Source of the DNA: Macrostomum hystrix | Lineage: Eukaryota; Animalia; Platyhelminthes | DNA: 64,000 nt | Assembly: GCA_950097015.1 (NCBI GenBank) | Contig: CATNEN010000039.1 | Coordinates: 15,810,001 to 15,874,000 of the forward strand | Direction: 5' to 3' | Shown here: one piece after another, positions 23,382-36,414 of the stretch | How positions within the stretch are numbered: position 1 is the first letter of the stretch | Layout: each line of letters opens with the position of its first letter | Position numbers and translations under genes: made by a program | The notes under the pieces: generated by a model | Told to the model about the DNA's origin: nothing | The model's database searches: none | What the model saw: only the letters and a program-made list of their open reading frames with translations

Positions 23382-26300
23382 ATGTTTCTTCAATTCCTTA
23401 CGGTCGCCCTAATCGGATGGCCTTTGATCTCCGCAGCGTCTTCCGCGGCCGTATCGCCTTCCGAGTCGTTTCGCTACCTTGGCTGCTATTTTCTCACCAA
23501 TCCTGACTACGTGTTGACCAATTCCGAACGGCAGGTGGGCGATAATTACGACCTGATGCCGTTCTACAGGCACAGCATGCCGGGACAGCTGGCGCCACAA
23601 AGATGCAGCGACTTCTGCCAGACCAAGGGCCTGCTGTTTGCCGCGCTGAAACAGGCCGAGTGCTCCTGCGGCTTTTCAATGGACGGCATGAGAACAGCCG
23701 AGACCAACTCGCTGGCTGAGCAGTGCTCAGTGAGGTGCGCCGGAGACACTAGCCAACGCTGCGGTGGAGCTAATGTCATCAGCGTGTACCAGGCTCTACC
23801 GGCGGTGCGAACCCAGCTGCCGAGACGGTGCCAGGGCGGCTTCTGGACTGTGCGGCTAAACAGATCCGAAGATAATGTGCCCAGCCTGGATGTGAGTACG
23901 GCTGCGGGTTGATTGACAGGTTGGGATGCGGAGTAATGTGGACAGTATGGTAGCAGTTGGTGACACAGCTAATGTTATCATCCCACCGTTGCTAATTAAT
24001 CCGACTGTTTTAGAAAATTACCCCACCGAAACGATATAATCCCTCAAGTTAGTAAACTATCCCCCAGTTAGTAAGTGATCTCACCTGTTAGTTAATTATC
24101 TCACCTGTTAGTAAATTATCCCATCAGTTAGTAAATTGTCCCATAAGTTAGTAAATTATCCCATCAGTTAGTAAGTTATCTCACCTGTTAGTTAATTATC
24201 TCACCTGTTAGTAAATTATCCCATCAGTTAGTAAACTATCCCATCAGTAAGAAAATTATCCCACCAGTTAGTAACTTACACCACTAGTTAGTTAATTATC
24301 CCACCAGTAAGTAACTTATCCCACTATTTAGTTAATTATCCCACCAGTTAGGAACTTATCCCACTAGTTAGTAAATTATCCCATCAGTTAGTAAATTATC
24401 CCATCAGTAAGAAAATTATCCCACCAGTTAGTAACTTATCTCACAAGTTAGTTAATTATCCCACAAGTTAGTAACTTATCCCACTAGTTAGTTAATTATC
24501 CCACCTGTTAGTTAATTATCTCACCTATTAGTAAATTATCCCATCAGTTAGTAAACTATCCCATCAGTAAGAAAATTATCCCACCAGTTAGTAACTTACA
24601 CCACTAGTTAGTTAATTATCCCACCAGTAAGTAACTTATCCCACTATTTAGTTAATTATCCCACCAGTTAGGAACTTATCCCACTAGTTAGTAAATTATC
24701 CCATCAGTTAGTAAATTATCCCATCAGTAAGAAAATTATCCCACCAATTAGTAACTTATCTCACAAGTTAGTTAATTATCCCACCAGTTAGTTAATTATC
24801 CCACCAGTTAGTAACTTATCCCACAACTTAGTTAATTATCCCACCAGTTAGTAACTTATCTCACAAGTTAGGTAATTATCCCACAAGTTAGTAACTTATC
24901 CCACTAGTTAGTTAATTATCCCACCAGTTAGTAAATTATCCAACCAGTTAGTTAATTATCCCACGAATTAGTTAATTATCCCACCAGTTAGTAAATAATC
25001 TCACCTGTTAGTAAATCATCCCACCAGTTAGTTATCATATTAGTTAGTAACTTATACCACTAGTTAGTTAATTATCCCACCAGTAAGTAACTTATCCCAC
25101 TATTTAGTAAATTATCCCATCAGTAAGAAAATTATCCCACCAGTTAGTAACTTATCCCACAAGTTAGTTAATTATCCCACCAGTTAGTAACTTATCCCAC
25201 AAGTTAGTTAATTATCCCATTAGTTAGTAAATTATTCCACCAGTTAGTTAATTGTCCCGCCAGCTAGTATAATTATTACACCACCAAGTAATTTTTAGTG
25301 GGATACCTTAAAAAATGTCGCCTTACCGCGGAATCGAGATCAGGGACATTGGCTCGAAAGGCAAACGCGCTAGACTGCTCTGCCACTCGAATAGGAAACT
25401 CCCTTTCAATAGATTTACAGACAAGTGACACCTTGACCAATTGAGACAGATATTGCGCTGCGCGTCTAAAGGGTATGTACAGCTGTTCAGTCCATGGACT
25501 CTGGCCTCGACACCCAACATTGCCTCGACATTGTATTGCGGACCATTTTACGATTTCGTAAAATGGAGTCAAATTATTTTAGGTCGCCTCAAAAGACCTC
25601 ATTGCCTCATATGTACATTGGTGCAAAGCCAACCTCGCTCCCTACAATGTACACTGGCTCAGATCCAACCTCACTCCCTCGAATGAACACTGGCTCAGAT
25701 CCAACCTCACTCCCTCGAATGTACACTGGCTCAGATCCAACCTCACTCCCTCGAATGTACACTGGCTCAGATCCAACCTCACTCCCTCGAATGTACACAG
25801 GCTCAGATCCAACCTCACTCCCTCGAATGTACACTGGCTCAGATCCAACCTCATTCCCTCGGATGTACCCTGGCTCAGATCCAACCTCACTCCCTCGGAT
25901 GTACCCTGTCTCAGATCCAACCTCACTCCCTCGGATGTACACTGTCTCAGATTCAACCTCACTCCCTCGGATGTACACTGGCTCAGATCCAACCTCACTC
26001 CCTCGGATGTACCCTGTCTCAGATCCAACCTCACTCCCTTGGATGTACACTGTCTCAGATTCAACCTCACTCCCTCGGATGTACACTGGCTCAGATCCAA
26101 CCTCACTCCCTCCAATGTACACTGGCTTAGAGACAAACTCACTCCCTCGGATGTACACTGGCTCAGAGCCAACCTCACTCCTTCCAATGTACACTGGCTC
26201 AGAGACAACCTCACTCCCTCCATGTACACTATTCGCCAGTGTTTAGCCAATAGGAAGTCCTACTTAATAGTTTCCACTAGGAAATCCCATTCGATTTTAA

Positions 26301-26846
26301 CGCGAAATCTATTTTCATAAAAACCCATGAAAAACCTATCACGGCCAGAAAATCACCGAGGACCGGATGATGTGGCGCGCAGCCGACATGAGCCAGAAGA
26401 ACGATTTGGGCCGGGTCAGCCTGAGGCTGTGCATGTGGAAATGCGAGAACCTCCCCACCTGCTGGTCGGTGATCGAGCAGGCCCTGCCCGGCCGCTACGT
26501 CGGCTGCGTCCTGCTGGACCACGTTGCCACGACCGAGGCGGCCAACATCCGGGCTAAGAGTCCGGGACATGAGCAGCTGTACGGCCTGGCACAATGGACC
26601 TGCGGTCCAGGCGCTCATGTCGGCGACGGACAGCCGGGCGGTTCGAGCGGGCCGTCCAGACAGCCGGACAGCGACCGGCTGCAGGAACCTGGCGGAGTTC
26701 GAGGTGGCGGCGGCGGTGGCGGCGTCGGCGACGGTGGCAGCGGCGGCCATCGCAGCTCCGGTGAGGCCTTGGCCACCCTGACCGCGGCGGCTGCTGCGAC
26801 GGTGACTTTGATCATCGGCCTCCCGTTGTCAGCGGGTTGGCAATGA
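23382..26846 (+). CDS. Secreted/GPI-anchored WSC-domain plus PAN/Apple-like protein (2 exons, ~335 aa)
   Basis: Exon 1 23382-23891: signal peptide, then WSC (YLGCY...CSDFC..KG..FAAL....CSCG......CSVRCAGDTSQRCGG...ISVY), GTGAGT donor, phase 0. Exon 2 26349-26846: CAG acceptor in frame, SLRLCMWKCENLPTCWSV...GCVLL...LY.....C (PAN-like), Gly-rich linker and hydrophobic C-terminus. Confidence 0.8.
24040..25270. repeat. 20-bp minisatellite (TTATCCCACCAGTTAGTAAA), sibling of the 20480 array, with a ~320-bp higher-order repeat
   Basis: Tandem units; the variant order at 24201 recurs at 24521. Confidence 0.95.
25605..26235 (+). repeat. 36-bp minisatellite (ATGTACACTGGCTCAGATCCAACCTCACTCCCTCGA)
   Basis: About 17 units in the WSC gene intron. 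Confidence 0.95.
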
Positions 26847-27109
26847 CCGCAGAAGGGGGATTATGAGAATTTCCGAACATCTACAGGTTGACGAAGGTCA
26901 GGATGATGCTTCCTACATCCTGTTGATTCAACGATCGAGTTAATCAAGGTGGATTGACCTGACAGATTTTAGACTCGGTGAACATTGTGCCTGCTTTATC
27001 TTTGCCTTATTTAATTTGTAATGTCTCAGAATGGTGGAACAACAGTGGAGTGAGATTTGACGTCACATACATTCTTCGATGGACAAAGAGTCGAGAGTCG
27101 TGGGTACTG

Positions 27110-27272
27110 GGGGACTGAAGTCGGCTCTGAGCCAATGTACATTCGAGGGAGTGAGGTTGGCTCTGAGCCAATGTACATTCGAGGGAGTGAGGTTGGCTCT
27201 GAGCCAATGTACATTCGAGGGAGTGAGGTTGGCTCTGAGCCAATGTACATTCGAGGGAGTGAGGTTGGCTTT
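27110..27272 (-). repeat. Inverted copy of the 36-bp minisatellite
   Basis: Reverse complement ATGTACATTGGCTCAGAGCCAACCTCACTCCCTCGA, ~4.5 units. Confidence 0.95.
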
Positions 27273-28299
27273 CACCCTATGTGAGGCAGTGAGGACTTTT
27301 GAAACTAGCTTTGGTTTAGCAGCTTCGCCGAATTGCAGGTACCTTAAAAAATTATGGTCACTTTTTTAGTTAATTTAAGGCCAAATTTATGGCCTTTGAA
27401 AACATAATTACGAAAAATTACTTATTCAGTAAATGTTCTGCCACAGTTAATCTGCTTTTCTGGTGACACACAGAGTAAAATTGGGTCTGCCATTGAAATA
27501 TATTCATATGTAGTATTATAAAACTAACATTGATTGTTATGCAATATGAGTTAATTTGCGGTGCTTGAATCATTATGTACACTAAAATTAATCACTTATA
27601 TAATAATTTATATATATATATATATTATTTATATTTATATATTGATATAAATATTTATATATTTATATTTTATATAATAAATTTTAAATTAAATTAAATA
27701 TAATTTTAATAAAATTAATTTAATTAATTAAAATAATTAATTAATTAACAATTTATATAATAACTATATAAAATCCATTTATATAATAATTATAAATTAG
27801 TTTTTACCGTTTCTATACTTCCAAACTATCTAGGCTTTTAATTTCGCAATGTATTTTTAGAAGAATTTTGATGTCAGCACACTTTGAAGTAGCAAAAGTA
27901 GCAGTAATTCAAAACATTACTAAAGAACACCTACAATATTAAGTTTTCATCTGGCATCATACTATTACCATGTTACCAAGTTAAAATTAAATTGTACATA
28001 CATATGCATTATATATTTATGTTTTGCTTCGAATGCCAGCCTTTTCTAACAATTTAGCGGCTTGTACGTTTTTAATCCCAATAAATATTAAATAGATTTA
28101 AACAGTGGGAAATATATTTCACAGAGATTAACAAAAATTATTCAGTCATTCTTAAGCCTTCTCGATTGTTTTAACTGAGTAGAAAATTTAGTTTGTCGTT
28201 AGGCGGCACTGACGTTAAAGAGGAATTAATTTGCGTCATAGGATGCTTTGGTAGATTTAGTAGATTATTAGATTAATCGGTTTTATTAATAAAAGTACA

Positions 28300-28400
28300 T
28301 TTTCAAAATAACAGTACTTTTTCATGATAAAACTGCATTTTCATGATAAAAGTTCATTTCCATGATATAAGTACATGTTCTTGATAAAAGTACATTTTCC
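28300..28400. repeat. ~20-bp repeat (TGATAAAAGTACATTTTCA) just 3' of the LRRC61 stop
   Basis: About 5 diverged units. Confidence 0.75.
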
Positions 28401-28408
28401 TGCCCAAA

Positions 28409-31400
28409 TCATGTTTTTCTTTTCTTGAGGTCTCGCTCCCACTCCTCCAGGCACAGCATTGTTTGCAGTTCTCGGTCTCGCAGCAGTGACACCGCATCCG
28501 CGAAGTCCCGCTCCGCCGATGCGGCCTCTGTTGACGCCGCCGACGAGGCGATCAGAGCTTCAAGGGACCAGAAGGACTCGCCGAGTCCGCTTTTGACGCC
28601 TGATGATGTGCCAGATACACTATCAGAATGAGGATTGCCTGCGTAGGAGGATCAGTTATAGATTGGGTGTGACAGCGATTGGCAGATTCGGGGCAGAGTA
28701 GAATGCAGATTGGTAGATCTGTGATAGAGTAGAATGTAGATTGGTAGATCTGTGATAGAGTAGAATGTAGATTGGTAGATTAGCGATAGAGTAGAATGTA
28801 GATTGGTAGATTAGCGATAGAGTAGAATGTAGATTGGTAGATTAGCGATAGAGTAGAATGTAGATTGGTAGATTAGTGATAGAGTAGAATGTAGATCGGT
28901 AGATCTGTGATAGAGTAGAATGTAGATCGGTAGATCTGTGATAGAGTAGAATGTAGATTGGTAGATTAGCGATAGAGTAGAATGTAGATTGGTAGATTAG
29001 TGATAGAGTAGAATGTAGATTGGTAGATCTGTGATAGAGTAGAATGTAGATTGGTAGATTAGTGATAGAGTAGAATGTAGATTGGTAGATTTGTGATAGA
29101 GTAGAATGTAGATTGGTAGATCTGTGATAGAGTAGAATGTAGATTGGTAGATCTGTGATAGAGTAGAATGTAGATTGGTAGATCTGTGATAGAGTAGAAT
29201 GTAGATTGGTAGATCTGTGATAGAGTAGAATGTAGATTGGTAGATTTTTGGTAGAGTTGAATCTAGATTGGTAGATTAGTGATAGAGTAGAATGTAGATC
29301 GGTAGATCTGTGATAAAGTAGAATGTAGATTGGTAGATTTTTGGTAGAGTTGAATGTAGATTGGTAGATCTGTTGTAGAGTAAAATGCAGATTGGTATCT
29401 GTGATAGAGTAGAATGTAGATTGGTAGATTTGTGGTAGAGTAGAATGTAGATTGGTAGATTTGTGGTAGAGTTGAATGTAGATTGGTAGATCTGTTGTAG
29501 AGTAGAATGCAGATTGGTAGATTTTTGGTAGAGTTGAATGTAGATTGGTAGATCTGTTGTAGAGTAAAATGCAGATTGGTATCTGTGATAGAGTAGAATG
29601 TAGATTGGTAGATTTGTGGTAGAGTAGAATGTAGATTGGTAGATTTGTGGTAGAGTAGAATGTAGATTGGTAGATTTGTGGTAGAGTTGAATGTAGATTG
29701 GTAGATCTGTTGTAGAGTAAAATGCAGATTGGTATCTGTGATAGAGTAGAATGTAGATTGGTAGATTTGTGGTAGAGTAGAATGTAGATTGGTAGATTTG
29801 TGGTAGAGTTGAATGTAGATTGGTAGATCTGTTGTAGAGTAGAATGCAGATTGGTAGATTTTTGGTAGAGTTGAATGTAGATTGGTAGATCTGTTGTAGA
29901 GTAAAATGCAGATTGGTATCTGTGATAGAGTAGAATGTAGATTGGTAGATTTGTGGTAGAGTAGAATGTAGATTGGTAGATTTGTGGTAGAGTAGAATGT
30001 AGATTGGTAGATTTGTGGTAGAGTTGAATGTAGATTGGTAGATCTGTTGTAGAGTATAGTTAAAATCGGTAGTTTAGTAGCTGAATAGGGTATAGTGAAA
30101 AAAGTGTCAGGTCATAATATTCATGGCGCCTAAAGTAGAAATCAGAAATAGGCTAATCATAATGTGAAAAAGACACTCGTTTTCGGATAGAAATTATTCG
30201 CATTTCTATGTTTTTTAAATAATAGCATAACAGCTTATTTGTGCAAGAGAATTCTAAAGTACATACGTAAGAAAGGAGCTAGAAACTAACGATCTCTTAA
30301 CCATTGAAACAATAAATCAATCAATAATTTAGTTTAAACATTTTTTAGATAGAAATATAGGCAAAATCATTTCTAAAAATAGAATATTTCCATTAGGAGA
30401 GAACACCAAACAACAAAAAACTAACGATCTACCGATTTGATCTTTGATCGAGTCCTGTTCTGCTGCTAGAACTGAAAATGGTAAAACATCTTTAAGGCGT
30501 AGGTTTTTCCCATAGACAACACGGAATGCGATTTTCGTGAAAAAAATAAATAACTGCATCGGACAGTAACTCGCTGGTTAACCCTGGAACTAACCTGAGA
30601 TGGCCTGATCGATTTGGAGACACAATCGATAGTAGGAATCTCCAGTGCCACGAACACGAATACCTGCGATTGTGATTGGTGGAGTGGATTGCTAGACTAG
30701 CCTATGAGATAGGAAAGAAATGGATTGCTAGACTAGCCCATGAGATGCGAAAGAAAATGGATTGCTAGACCAGCACACAGGTAAGGGATTTGAGTGGATT
30801 GCTAGACCAGCCCAGTCACTCACCATCTAGGCAGGTGATGCCGGGCAGTAGGTCGACAATTTTCTCAGCATAGCCGGCGGACAAGCAGAGAGGATTAGAC
30901 AGGTCGCGGGATTTGTCCTGCAGCTGCAGGGACTCCAGGTTGGCCAGATCAGTCAAGGCGTGCAGATCCTCTGTGCTGTGAGATTCAGGGGAGAATCACA
31001 CATTCTATTTCGAGGGATTAAGAAACAGGACGACGACACAAACTGGGAGTAGAGCTTGCAGATTAGGCGAGAAAGTTTCGCATTTCAAGCAATGCTTCCC
31101 ACCTATTTTTCGTTTCATTTCCTGAATATCAATACCTCAAATTGATTTTATCTTCTTTTGCAGAAAGTGCAATACGAGGGGTGCGCAAAAAGTTTAATCA
31201 AGTGGCCCATAACTTTTTTAATAAACTGTATGGCGGGTGCCGTATGACCTTAAGCTTGTTGTCGGACAGAAAGCTCGTTGTCATGGCCGCAGTGTGGCTG
31301 GAAGCGTTGTCGCGGTGCAGGTGAATTCTGCCACTCTGAAGGCGGGTTGGCTGCTTTTCTGTGACTGCAGCCAAGACTTTAGGCAAAACCTCGCCAGCAT

Positions 31401-34400
31401 AGAAAGTGGCATTGACATTCTGCCCATTCGGCAGCATAACAACTGCCACTGGCCCAGTGATGCCGAGAAATACGACAAACATCTGCGTCCGTGAGCGAAA
31501 CCCACAGCGCAGAACTGTTGGACGGTCTTCATCAGCACCAATCTAAACCTTGTTTTGGTTCTTGTGGGGCACTTGGAAGTAGTAAAACCACTTCTCGTCT
31601 CCAGTAACGACATCAGTGAGTCGCTTAGTGCCACCTTCATCGAAGCAACGCAGAAGTTCTTGGCTGTGTCAAACTCTCTCCTGCTTCTGTTCTGCAGTGA
31701 GTGCGTGAGACATCCAAGGAGCCGTGACCTTGCGAAGGCCAAGATGATCATGCAGGATGGTTCGGACACTGCCATGAGAAATTCCGATTGTCTGGCTAAT
31801 AAGGGCTACGGTGATATTAGGGTCTGTGTCCACTAGCTCTCGCAAAGCCACAATGGCTGACGGTCATGGAGCGTCGACTAGCGCTGATTGATTCAATCCA
31901 ACGGGAGATGGTGCGGTACGAAGGGGCCCGACCTGCTATGACTTGAACCAGGTCGGTACGAATTCGGGTGGCGTTTTCACCGAGCTGTGACCGCATGAAA
32001 ACATAAAATCTGCACTGATCCAGCAGTGATATTTTCCATTTCAAGGCTGAAAACAAGACTGCACGTTAGTCAATATGGTCTAGGGAACGAAAAGTTCAGT
32101 GCATTGGGCTAAACATTTATGAACAAACGATATATATCATGGTTGCTCATAAACAAAAATTGTCGCTTTTTAAGGTTTATTAAAAAAGTTATGGGCCAGT
32201 TGCCCAAACTTTTGCACACCCCTCGTAGAAATATGAAGAAATAAAATAAAATGACAGAGAGACGTGAAATGAAGCAAGAGAAAGACATGAAATGGTGGGA
32301 GAGAAAGACATGAAATGGTGGGAGAGAAAGACATGAAATGATGGCAGAGAAATACATGAAATGATGGCAGAGAAATACATGAAATGATGGGAGAGAAATA
32401 CATGAAATGATGGCAGAGAAATACATGAAATGATGGGAGAGAAATACATGAAATGATGGCAGAGAAATACATGAAATGATGGGAGAGAAATACATGAAAT
32501 GATGGGAGAGAAATACATGAAATGATGGGAGAGAAATACATGAAATGATGGGAGAGAAAGACATGAAATGATGGGAGAGAAATACATGAAATGATGGGAG
32601 AGAAAGACATGAAATGATGGGAGAGAAATACATGAAATGATGGGGGAGAAAGACATTAAATGATGGGAGAAAAAGACAAAATGAAACGAGAGAAAGACAA
32701 AGGAAAATAAGAAATCAAAGGAAAAAGCTGGAACACAGATGTGAGTGGACGGATTGGCCTAGCGACAGAAGTGGTATTACGCAATCCAATGTGCCAACTA
32801 CAGGTAGTATTAGCTAAGAGTCAATTGCCACACACAATAGTAGAAAGTAGTATTGCTTACAAAAAATATAGATCCTATTTATGATGCCTTTAGAAATGCT
32901 TTATAGAATATAGGTTTGTGTTGCAATGACGATGTGAGGCAATTATTCACCTAGTTTTTTTCGGACAGGTCAGGCTTTCGAACAAAGTGGCTTTAGTCAA
33001 AGGTGTTCGGCAAAGGCACCTTATGCCAACATATACTGAGGATAAAAGGCTATATAGTAGAGAAGGAAGGCACCAATGTTGGTGTGGGGACAAATATTTA
33101 CAACGGAAAAATGGAATCACTTATTTGTTTCTAGTAGGCTAAATTCAGAAAAAATGAATGCCCTTGCCTGTGTATATTGAAGATTTATCATGCGCACTAG
33201 CGGTGTATATATGCGTATATATACAAAACCTGTGACCAACCAGCTAACAACTTATAAAGAAACCCCAGCAGAGTTGGCCCAGCACCAGGAACATAATCCT
33301 TCTCTCCGTGCCTGCCGACCCACCCACTCTCACTCAAATATTGGTCAATCAATCAATCATTGCACTGAGCTCCATGCAAGGCCGAACCTGGTAGCTGGGC
33401 GCACTAACCACGGCCTCCTTTGAAATGAAATCATCTGGAATCCTCTCACACTGTCTGTATATCTTTGCCAGTATTAGGGGCTAAATATTCAATATTAATA
33501 ATACTTGCTAGCCTAAAATATTTCTACATTATTGTTCTCATCGGAATCCTGCCTTAAATTATCTTTAGCTGGGATCCGCCAGCAATCCTAATCGGAATAC
33601 GCCAGCAATCCTAATCGGAATCCGCCAGCAATCCTAATCGGAATCCGCCATCAATCCTAATCGGAATCCGCCAACAATCCTAATCGGAATCCGCCATCAA
33701 TCCTAATCGGAATCCGCCAGCAATCCTAATCGGAATCCGCCAGCAATCCTAATCGGAATACGCCATCAATCCTAATCGGAATCCGCCAGCAATCCTAATC
33801 GGAATCCGCCAGCAATCCTAATCGGAATACGCCATCAATCCTAATCGGAATCCGCCAGCAATCCTAATCGGAATCCGCCAGCAATCCTAATCGGAATACG
33901 CCATCAATCCTAATCGGAATCCGCCAGCAATCCTAATCGGAATCCGCCAGCAATCCTAATCGGAATCCGCCAACAATCCTAATCGGAATCCGCCAACAAT
34001 CCTAATCGGAATCCGCCAGCAATCCTAATCGGAATCCGCCAACAATCCTAATCGGAATCCGCCAGCAATCCTAATCGGAATCCGCCAACAATCCTAATCG
34101 GAATCCGCCAGCAATCCTAATCGGAATCCGCCAGCAATCCGCCCTTCAAAGAACAATCCTTATCGGAATCCGCCCTCCCTACAACAATCCTTATCGGAAT
34201 CCGCCCTTCATAGAACAATCCTTATCGGAATCCGCCCTCCCTTGAACAATCCTTATCGGAATCCGCCCTCCCTTGAACAATCCTTATCGGAATCCGCCCT
34301 TCATAGAACAATCCTTATCGGAATCCGCCCTTCATAGAACAATCCTTATCGGAATCCGCCCTTCATAGAACAATCCTTATCGGAATCCGCCCTCCCTTGA

Positions 34401-36380
34401 ACAATCCTTATCGGAATCCGCCCTCCCTTGAACAATCCTTATCGGAATCCGCCCTCCCTTGAACAATCCTTATCGGAATCCGCCCTCCCTTGAACAATCC
34501 TTATCGGAATCCGCCCTCCCTTGAACAATCCTTATCGGAATCCGCCCTTCATAGAACAATCCTTATCGGAATCCGCCCTCCCTTGAACAATCCTTATCGG
34601 AATCCGCCCTCCCTTGAACAATCCTTATCGGAATCCGCCCTCCCTTGAACAATCCTTATCGGAATCCGCCCTCCATTGAACAATCCTTATTGGAATCCAA
34701 TTCATTTACCTCACGAATCGCAGTTGGAAATGAATTTGTCGCCCATACAACATGCGGTCCGAAAAATGGATGCAACCAAGTTGAAGCCATTCGAACAGCA
34801 CGCGGTTTTAATTAATGCACCAATCTGAAACTACATCTGATAATCATGGACTTTCCCGAGAATCCTAAATAATCCCAACTTATACGGGCTAGTCTTGTGG
34901 GAGAAATATGATGGGATAATAAAAGGCAGTTCCTGAAGATGCAGCTGCCACTGATGCTGAATCAGGGGCATGGGGTTTAGCCTGTGGGTAGTTGGGGAGA
35001 TATAGTAAGGATAAAACTGCCAAATTGAAGCTTTCGGAGGGGGTGGGTGAAATAACTTTTCATGCCGTTCAAGTGTGGGGATTCGGATCCCATTCAAACT
35101 GGGATTCTTGGCTTAGACAAGACAGGCATTACATTCTAGATGGTGCGTGGATAAAATGATACCTAGCCATAAAGTTATAATCCCACCGCCAAAATCCTAG
35201 AATATTCCCACGAACAGGTTGGAAAATAAATGAGAGAGAGAGACAGATGTAAGGATTACAGAAATTGCAACAGGCCCGATGCTAGCTTTTTTGCTGTAAC
35301 TACCTCCCTAAGAGACACAAATATAAGCTGCCTGGATTTGTAAATAGAGACAAAACTCTCCATTCCTCCTATCTCTCCTTTCTCTATCTCTCCTTTCTCT
35401 ATCTCACCTTTCTCTCTCCATCACTCCTACCTCTCTCTATCCCTCCTATCTCTCTCCATCCCTCCTATCTCTCTCTATCCCTCCTATCTCTCTCCATCCC
35501 TCCTATCTCTCTCCATCCCTCCTATCTCTCTCCATCCCTCCTATCTCTCTCCATCCCTCCTATCTCTCTCCATCCCTCCTATCTCTTTCCATCCCTCCTA
35601 TCTCTTTCCATCCCTCCTATCTCTCTCCATTCCTCCTATCTCTCTCCATCCCTCCTATCTCTCTCCATCCCTCCTATCTCTCTCCATCCCTCCTATCTCT
35701 CTCCATCCCTCCTATCTCTCTCCATCCCTCCTATCTCTCTCCATCCCTCCTATCTCTCTCCATTCCTCCTATCTCTCTCCATCCCTCCTATCTCTCTCCA
35801 TCCCTCCTATCTCTCTCCATCCCTCCTATCTCTCTCCATTCCTCCTATCTCTTTCCATCCCTCCTATCTCTCTCCATTCCTCCTATCTCTCTCCATCCCT
35901 CCTATCTCTCTCCATCCCTCCTATCTCTCTCCATTCCTCCTATCTCTCTCCATCCCTCCTATCTCTCTCCATTCCTCCTATCTCTCTCCATTTCTCCTAT
36001 CTCTCTCCATCCCTCCTATCTCTCTCCATCCCTCCTTTCTCTCTCCATCCCTCCTATCTCTTTCCACCTTCTCTCCACTCTCTCCACAAAAACATCCCAT
36101 ATTTGGCCATTCTCTCTCTCCTCTCTCCCAACCATTTCTTACTCCTCTCCACCGGACCTGTTACTATACCCTCCCCTCTACCCCTACCAGATAGCAATCA
36201 CGAGTAAATGCGCCCGAATTAATGTATCAAATGAAATATATTGCCTAGTACATAAGACAGAATAGATCATAACTTACTCGTATTGATCTATAGCATGTTT
36301 TTTTCCTATTGGCGCAAATGACTGATCGACAATGATAGAATGTTGAGATATTCAAGAAAAACAGAACTACACGAACTAAC

Positions 36381-36414
<34 letters not shown>

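Noticed and set aside
25299-25600. Possible middle exon of the WSC gene after TTTTTAG
   Set aside because: The required phase-0 frame hits TAG after 24 codons, and exons 1 and 2 already join in frame.
33570-34700. CRISPR-like appearance of constant core plus variable linker (also other arrays)
   Set aside because: Linkers are 2-10 bp and reused, there are no unique spacers or cas genes, and the context is a eukaryotic intron.
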